Below, piece by piece: positions 55,022-64,000 of a stretch of DNA of 64,000 nucleotides. The DNA comes from Eledone cirrhosa (taxonomy: Eukaryota): assembly GCA_964016885.1 (NCBI GenBank), contig OZ024747.1, positions 74,586,001 through 74,650,000 of the forward strand, given 5' to 3'. Every line of letters begins with the position of its first letter. The stretch's first letter is position 1. A model generated the notes under the pieces. The model made no database searches. It was not told the origin of the DNA and was given only the letters and a program-made list of their open reading frames with translations. A program made the position numbers and the translations under genes.

Positions 55022-55253
55022 TATATATATATGCATATATATATATGCATATATATATATGCATATATATATATATATATGCATATATATATATATATAT
55101 ATGCTTATATATATATATGCATATATATATATGCATATATATATATATATATGTATGCATATATATATATATATATGTATGCATATATAAATATATATAT
55201 ATATGTATGCATATATATATATATATATATGTATACATATATATATATATGTA

Positions 55254-55393
<140 letters not shown>

Positions 55394-55448
55394 TATATAT
55401 ATATATATGCATATATATGTATATATATATATATATATATATGTATGC

Positions 55449-55479
<31 letters not shown>

Positions 55480-55496
55480 CATATATATATATAAGG

Positions 55497-55529
<33 letters not shown>

Positions 55530-55637
55530 TATATATATGCATATATATATGCATATATATATATATATATATACATATATATATGCATATATATATGCAT
55601 ATATATATATATATATATGCATATATATATATATATA

Positions 55638-55790
55638 GAGGTTAACATATGTTGATGCCCTAAGGACAGACACTGGTCTGTTGGAGATGCAGGATATGGC
55701 AGCGATAATGAGGGACAGAGACCGCTGGAGAGAACTCGTCCATGGATCTCGGGAATTTTACCCGCCTTAGATAGATAGATAGATAGATAT
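55638..55790 (+). mobile_element. RTE-like LINE extreme 3' end with (TAGA)n tail, inserted in (TA)n
   Basis: [32 protein letters not shown] followed by (taga)n. Confidence 0.78.
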
Positions 55791-55793
55791 GTA

Positions 55794-55831
<38 letters not shown>

Positions 55832-55848
55832 TATATATATATATATAT

Positions 55849-55930
<82 letters not shown>

Positions 55931-56058
55931 GCATATTTATATATATATATATATATGCATATTTATATATATATATATATGCATATTTATATATATATAT
56001 GCATATATAAAATAAAGTTAAATAAAAGTCAAATGATTAAAATTTAGCTTCGTTTATT

Positions 56059-56113
56059 ACTGCTATATATATTTCAGTGACAGCCATCTTTGGCTGTGAC
56101 CTCTTCAGGCAGT
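56059..56113 (-). ncRNA. Type I hammerhead ribozyme (cleanest copy) in island 56008-56222
   Basis: ACUGC/GCAGU; CUGAAGA; 11-bp stem II ggucacagcca/uggcugucacu (1 mismatch) with AAGA loop; GAAA; AUAUAUAU; AUA site. Confidence 0.9.
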
Positions 56114-56326
56114 TTGAATTAGTATGGTATAGACAAGTACATATGTTGTTTAGGTGTATAATATTGTCAATACTCTGATATGCCCAGTTCCCTGTTGGGT
56201 TGTTAATTCACTGAGGAACTGATGCATATATATATATATGCATATATATATGCATATATATATATGCATATATATATGTATGCATATATATATATGCATA
56301 TATATATATGCATATATATATATATA

Positions 56327-56366
<40 letters not shown>

Positions 56367-56542
56367 TATACATATATGCATATATATATATGCATATATA
56401 TGTATATGCATATATATATATATATGTATATATATGTGTATATATGTATATATATATATATGTATATGTAGATATATGTATATATATATGTATATATATA
56501 TATATGTATATATAAATATATATGTATATATAAATATATATG

Positions 56543-56579
<37 letters not shown>

Positions 56580-56704
56580 GTGTATATATATATATGCATA
56601 TATATATATATATATGTATATATATATGTGTATATATATATGCATATATATATATATGTATATATATATATATGTGTATATATATATGCATATATATATA
56701 TATG

Positions 56705-56735
<31 letters not shown>

Positions 56736-56857
56736 GTGTGTATATATATATATGTATATATATATATATGTGTGTATATATATATATGTATATATATATA
56801 TATGTGTGTATATATATATATGTATATATATATATATGTGTGTATATATATATATGC

Positions 56858-56889
<32 letters not shown>

Positions 56890-56891
56890 GC

Positions 56892-56943
<52 letters not shown>

Positions 56944-59379
56944 TTATATATGTATATATATATTTGCATATATATATATATATATATGCATATATATGCA
57001 TATATATACATATATATATATATGTATATATATATGCATATATATACATATATATATATATGTATATATATATGCATATATATATATGCATTACCTATTA
57101 TAGATATGCGGGCATAATATTTGAGTACAATATGTTTATTTCATTTGTCGTCTGTTCGAATTAATAATAACGTCACAAAACCCATAGTTTGGGGCGTATT
57201 GTCTTGTAAATTAATGTACGACGTTGTTATCTCTTCATACCTGCATATATATATATAAATGGTGTGTGTGTGTGTGTCTGGATATATACATATATATCAT
57301 ATGGGTTTATATAGGTCTATATAAACTGTTTGTGTTTGTGTGTGTATATATATATATACATACACACTCACACACACGTTCTAGATTTTTTTTAATAGAA
57401 TGTTGCTTTTGTTAAAGTTGTGTACCAGAATATCATAGCATTAGTTTGAATCTTTATATTAAGTAAAAATTTATTCCCTTCTCCAACAAATTTGTATATT
57501 TCCAATGTATATCATCCCCACCACAATCATCTCCCTCATCTCTACCATCATTATCATCATTATTAACATCAACATCGTCACTATCATCATTATTATCATC
57601 TTCCGGCAGAGTTACGTCCCTTTACGCTCTGAGTTCAAATCACGTCGAGGTTAACTTTGCCTTTCATCCTTACAGGGTCGATAAAATAAAGTACCAGTAA
57701 TGTACTTGGTATTTGCTGGCCTTGAGCCAAAAGTAGAAACAATTATTATCATCATTATTAACATCAACATCATTACTATCATCATCATCGTCACCACACT
57801 ACTTAATTATATCTCTTGACATCTCAAATCTTGACAAATCAAGTTTTGTGAAATCGATGACAAAAATGGTACATATGCTCTCTTGTAATCGATACACCCT
57901 ATTGCTAAACCTGTTTTGGTTTTCTCTCGCAATTATAATGATTGTGCCGAATAACAATTCGTTTCTTGTTCCTCTTGGGTTTCTCTGACACCTCTCTTCT
58001 CTTAATTACAGAAAAAATTAAAGTCCTCCAAGTTTACATAGATCCTATCCACAAACGTATTTAACAATTTCCATAGTAATAGTATATAAAGTTGTTGGTT
58101 TTTAGCTAAATACTTTAGCATCTTTCTGATTGTCTTTCATGGTCCCGTATCTCCCGAGGGAATCGTAATGGCACCGTATAGACACACAGTGTTTCTAGGG
58201 CATATTTTAAACCTGATGGTGCCCATCCCTCTCCAGGTCTGAATACAGCAGATTTCTTCCACAGAAGGATAGAAAAATTGAGAGAATGGAAATGTGAAAC
58301 AGCTATACAGAAAGAATCAACCTCTTTACCAGTCTAGTACAGTCTAGTACTTTTTATTGACCTCGAATGATAAGAATTATTTTTGCTTTTGCCATTCAAT
58401 TTGGAATACTTCTGCTCCGGTGACACTAATTTTCATAAATTCACCTTGGTGTTCTTAAGCCAGAAAGAAACCTTGAGCTGAGGTTAATTCAAGTGCCATA
58501 CAGTTAGGTAATTTTACTGTTTGTTTTCCATTGTATTCGGATTTGATTCAACATTAAACTAATGGGGGATAATTAAGCCTTAAGCCATTGAACTAAAGGG
58601 GGATAATTAAGCTTAAGTCAGGGTCCCGTAGCATTTAAATGGCTCTAAAATATTTTCTTTACTACCATGAATAAAGTATTATACCTCGAAAAATATCATG
58701 ATAAAGAGATAAAGAGAATTCCATCTATGTATATAGCAATTAATGGCTTTTTCCCGGGTAAATTACAATCAATTTTACACAAGTCCCTAATATGAAAATA
58801 TTCAACCAGGGGCCCTATATAAGATTAATCCTCCCCTGTTTGTAATTAGGCCTAGGAAGAGATGATAAATTATATAACAAAAAGAGTCGTTATTGTTTAA
58901 ATATCAAACCACTAATATATATATATATTGTGTGTATATGTTATGTATGCATGTATATATAGATACGTGTGCGTGTATGAATATATGTGTGTGTGTGTGT
59001 GTATGAATATAGGTGTATGAATATAGGTGTATGAATATAGGTGTATGAATATACGTGTGTGTAGCAAACGCGAGTCAAACATCTCAACAGACTATATTGC
59101 CAACATCATTAATCATGAGATAGAAAACACTGAAAAGTATTTCGTACGAATGGTTTTTATATAGAGAGAGATATGTAAACATAAATGAAACTTCAGCAGG
59201 AATAATCAATAAAATAAATAATTCAGAATTGTTTTGCAAACAGACAAAATGCGGAAAATAAACCGCAAAGCTTACTGCGGAGAAGTGTGTTCTTATTATT
59301 GTGAAGTTGTTGTAAAGGTATCAATGTCTTAATGGAAAAATTGAGCTAGAAACACACACAAACATACACATGTACACAC

Positions 59380-59418
<39 letters not shown>

Positions 59419-59793
59419 AACTGTTATATGGGTGTATGTATATATATATATGACTTAGATATATGTCCCTGTGTGTATGTATATATATACACACAGATGT
59501 GTGTTTGTATGTATATATAGTTATATATATAAATGTGTATATATATATAACTTTATATATGTGTGTATATATGTAAACGCAAACAATGATGAAATATATT
59601 ACTCTAACGCTTGATATAGTAAAAAAACAATTTATGTTGTTTCGGACACTAGTCCTTCGTCGGGCGATAGAATGAGAAATAAAAGATAATACAGAAACAG
59701 TGTGAGAAGAGGAAGGATGGTAAATGCTGGTCTGTGGGGATCTTAGATATTAAAAACGTTTGAAAGGAAGATATTCCTTATATATTTCGATTG

Positions 59794-59880
<87 letters not shown>

Positions 59881-60740
59881 GTTTGTTCGTTTGTCTGTGC
59901 AAACGTGCATCAGACCATAACTGAGCTGGCTGCTGTGAGGTTGTGGAGGTGTGGGTGATTCGTGAGCTGGCCGACACAGGCAGGTAAACAAATACCGGCA
60001 CTTGTCCGGTCACTTCCTCACTGCACGTGTCGTCATGGAGATCTCAGGTATCATCAGACACCGTACAGCCGAGGTCCTCCGTAAAATCGGAATGGCAGCA
60101 GCCCGCCTGGGGGAGCTGCTTCGTGATGTGGAGGGGCTGTTGCAATGAGTGTCGTTGTCCGTTGCCTGCGGAAATTCTTCGCAACTTTTTCCGTGGGACA
60201 CAACCAAAACTCCGCTCCGACCTAGGTGTAGAGTCTATCCTCTCACCTTCTCCCTTTCTTTCTTCCATTGCCAAATAGTCCTTGTTCTTTCCCTCCGTTT
60301 TCTCTCATTGACGGTATTTATAGTCCTTTCCTATACAGCCAGATCTGCCTTTCTTTACCCCTTCTCTATTTTTTCATTACTTAATTTTGTTTTTATCCTT
60401 GTTTTTTTTATATTTCCATCGTTGTTTAATTTTTGTTCAATAAACACCTGTAAAATTCTGAGTACAGACATAGAGGTACTCACGTAGAAATAGTCGCAAG
60501 GATTTGTAGAGAAAGGAAAATGAATATGATTGTAGACTTGTCTCATTTGATGGTGTGGTGGTTGTTAAAGAAAGCGCTTGGTTTCTGGTACGGCGGCATC
60601 GCAGTACAACTGTAAACGGCTGAACTACGAAGTGTGGAATCACTGCATCTGTGGAGAGAGATAGAGCCGGGAAAGGGGGTGGGGCCGAGTAATCGTTGAG
60701 AAACATTCAACACACACACATACACACACACACATACACA

Positions 60741-60799
<59 letters not shown>

Positions 60800-61205
60800 A
60801 CCAGCCTAGGTTAAATTCTTCCTCTAAATCTCTCACACACACACACGCGCATACATGCATTCATACATACTTATACCTGCATACATATATACATCTTATG
60901 CATACACACATACATGTACGTATATATATATGCATATATATATATAAAGCGTGTATATATGTGTGTGCATGTATATATATATATTTGCACATACACCTAC
61001 ACGTGTTTGTAATTATATAAGCAATCAATAAAGATATTTAAACCGTCTCAAGATATTGTCTAACAATTGGACAACGACATAATCCAAATCAATTACTTCA
61101 GCCTCCAGTATTAATGCTGAGTCCTTACATTCTCACTCTCTTTTATACTCTTTCCTCATTTAACTGTCTTTCTTTGCATTTCTCTCAGTCTGCCATCTTT
61201 CACTT

Positions 61206-62181
61206 GAGTACATGGGATTGATAGAGTACATGGGATCGATAGAGTACATGGGATCGATAGAGTGCATGGGATTGATAGAGTACATGGGATCGATAGAGTA
61301 TATGGGATCGATAGAGTACATGGGATTGATAGAGTACGTGGGATCGATAGAGTACATGGGATCGGTAGAGTACATGGGATTGATAGAGTACATGGGATTG
61401 ACAGAGTACATGGGATCGATAGAGTACATGGGATCGATCGAGTACATGGGATCGATAGAGTGCATGGGATTGATAGAGTATATGGGATCGATAAAGTATG
61501 TGGGATCGATAGAGTACATGGGATCGATAGAGTACATGGGATCGATAGAGTACATGGGATCGATAGAGTGCATGGGATTGATAGAGTACATGGGATTGAT
61601 AGAGTGCATGGGATTGATAGAGTACATGGGATCGATCGAGTACATGGGATCGATCGAGTACATGGGATCGATAGAGTGCATGGGATTGATAGAGTACATG
61701 GTATCGATAGAGTATATGGGATCGATAAAGTATGTGGGATCGATAGAGTACATGGGATCGATAGTGTACATGGGATCGATAGAGTACATGGGATCGATAG
61801 AGTGCATGGGATCGATAGAGTGCATGGGATTGATAGAGTACATGGTATCGATAGAGTATATGGGATCGATAAAGTACGTGGGATCGATAGAGTGCATGGG
61901 ATCGATAGAGTGCATGGGATTGATAGAGTACATGGGATTGATAGAGTACATGGGATCGATAGAGTACATGGGATCGATAGAGTACATGGGATTGATATAG
62001 TACATGGGATCAATAGAGTATATGGGATCGATAGAGTACATGGGGTCGATAGAGTGCATGGGATCGATAGAGTACATGGGATCGATAGAGTACATGGGAT
62101 CGATAGAGTACATGGGGTCGATAGAGTGCATGGGATCGATAGAGTGCATGGGATCGATAGAGTACATGGGATTGATAGAGT
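61206..62181. repeat. 18-bp minisatellite GAGTACATGGGATCGATA, ~54 copies
   Basis: Direct inspection; substitution variants only. Confidence 0.97.
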
Positions 62182-62204
62182 TAGTAGTCCTGCTTGGTAC
62201 AAAG

Positions 62205-62945
62205 TCATCATTATCATCATCATCGTCGTCACCATAAGTTTCATCACCATCGTAATCATCCTCACCATAACCTTCACCACCATCATCACCATCACCATCA
62301 CCACCATCACCTTCATCACCATCGCCATCGCCATCATCATCACCATCATCACCATCATCACCATCACCATCACCATAACCTTCAACATCACCACCACCAT
62401 CACCATCTTCACCACCGCCATCACAACCTTCACCATCACCATCACCATCTTCACCATCACCATCACAACCTTCACCATCATCATCATCACCACCACCATC
62501 ACAACCTTCACCCTCACCATCACCATCACCATCTTCACCACCGCCATCACAACCTTCACCCTCACCATCACCATCACCATCTTCACCATCACCATCACAA
62601 CCTTCACCATCATCATCATCACCACCACCATCACAACCTTCACCCTCACCATCACCATCACCATCTTCACCACCACCATCACAACCTTCACCCTCACCAT
62701 CACCATCACCATCTTCACCATCACCATCACAACCTTCACCATCATCATCATCACCTCCACCATCACAACCTTCACCCTCACCATCTTCACCACCACCATC
62801 ACAACCTTCACCCTCACCATCACCATCACCATCTTCACCACCACCATCACAACCTTCACCCTCACCATCACCATCACCATCTTCACCACCACCACCACAA
62901 CCTTCACCCTCACCACCGCCATCATCATCATCACCATAACCTTCA
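62205..62945. repeat. (CAC/CAT)n-derived tract with higher-order repeats
   Basis: Recurring cacaaccttcacc landmark. Confidence 0.93.
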
Positions 62946-63051
62946 TAAACTTGTTGTCGTTGTTGTTGTCTCTGAGTTCAAACTCCGCTGAGGTCAACAT
63001 TTTTGCCTTCCATCCTTTCGATGTCGTTGAAAATGTACAGCCTAGCTTATA

Positions 63052-63730
63052 TTCTCTCCTTCTCTCTCTTCTCTTCTTCTCTCTCTTCTCTCCTTCTCTC
63101 TCCTTCTCTCCTTCTCTCTCATTCTCTCCTTCTCTCTCTTCTCTCCTTCTCTCTCTTCTCTCCTTCTCTCTCCTTCTCTCTCATTCTCTCTCCTTCTCTC
63201 ATTCTCTCTCCTTCTCTCCTTCTCTCTCCTTCTCTCATTCCCTGTCCTTCTCTCCTTCTCTCATTCTCTCTCTTCTCTCTCCTTCTCTCATTCTCTCTCT
63301 TCTCTCCTTCTCTCTCCTTCTCTCTCCTTCTCTCCTTCTCTCTCATTCTCTCTCCTTCGCTCATTCTCTCTCCTTCGCTCATGCTCTCTCCTTCTCTCTC
63401 CTTCTCTCATTCTCTCTCCTTCTCTCATTCCCTGTCCTTCTCTCCTTCTCTTATTCTCTCTCCTTCTCTCATTCCCTGTCCTTCTCTCCTTCTCTCATTC
63501 TCTCCTTCTCTCTCTTTCTCTCTCCTTCTCTCTCCTTCTCTCTCCTGCTCTCCTTCTCTCTCCTTCTCACTCCTTCTCTCCTTCTCACTCCTTCTCTCAT
63601 TCTCTCTCTTCTCTCCTTCTCTCTCTTCTCTCCTTCTCTCCTTCTCTCTCCTTCTCTCCTTCTCTCTCATTCTCTCTCCTTCTCTCCCATTCTCTCTCAT
63701 TCTCTCATTCTCTCATTCCCTGTCCTTCTC
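63052..63730. repeat. Polypyrimidine (CTT/CT) low-complexity tract
   Basis: Direct inspection. Confidence 0.95.
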
Positions 63731-63906
63731 TGGAAGAAATCTGTTGTATTCACCTGGTGAGGAGACGGGTTTTAAAATGTCCAAGAAACGATGTATGCCA
63801 CTACAGTCTACCTACGACTCCCTCAGAAGTTACAGATATATACTGTACACATCTGTGTATATACAGAATCATGAATATATAGACATGTCATGTCTACTCC
63901 ACAGCC

Positions 63907-64000
63907 GAGCGTCTGACCACCAAAATTCAGATCTACCAAGCCCTTGTCCGAACAATCCTGCTATACGGCTGCGAAACCTGGTCACTGAGAACAGAGGACA
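63907..64000 (+). mobile_element. RTE-clade LINE fragment running off the right edge
   Basis: RLTTKIQIYQALVRTILLYGCETWSLRTED (LLYGCETW thumb motif). Confidence 0.85.

Noticed and set aside
61206-62181. CRISPR-like array (also considered for 31751-32050)
   Set aside because: Tandem units without unique spacers; eukaryotic context and no cas genes
61156-63760. 832-aa, 614-aa and His-rich 265-aa ORFs
   Set aside because: They read through a minisatellite, triplet repeats, a SINE fragment and a polypyrimidine tract; no domain evidence

Overview
AT-rich, repeat-dominated eukaryotic (animal) DNA. The SINE families look like those of octopod cephalopods (recognised from memory, not database-checked). 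No host protein-coding exon can be confidently identified, and nearly all ORFs in the supplied track are microsatellite artefacts. Supported content: (i) a Tx1/L1-clade non-LTR retrotransposon (1-3858, minus) with a decayed zinc-knuckle ORF1 and an APE-endonuclease ORF2 that the ORF track missed and whose RT core appears deleted; (ii) two Penelope-like element (PLE) coding remnants with C-terminal GIY-YIG domains; (iii) fragments of RTE and R4/Dong LINEs; (iv) about 20 tRNA-type SINE copies of two families, some with perfect TSDs; (v) a foldback element with 213-bp TIRs and a nested hAT-like MITE; (vi) minisatellites and a ~9-kb (TA)n-based domain. The most notable signal is eight type I hammerhead ribozyme motifs with canonical cores, plus two with a CAGA core variant and several decayed ones. 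They sit in short non-coding modules that end in (TA)n tracts, often form inverted partial duplications, and mostly carry family-specific palindromic stem III sequences. This fits a diverse set of PLE pseudo-LTRs or non-autonomous ribozyme retroelements targeting (TA)n. All structures were folded by eye and need confirmation.
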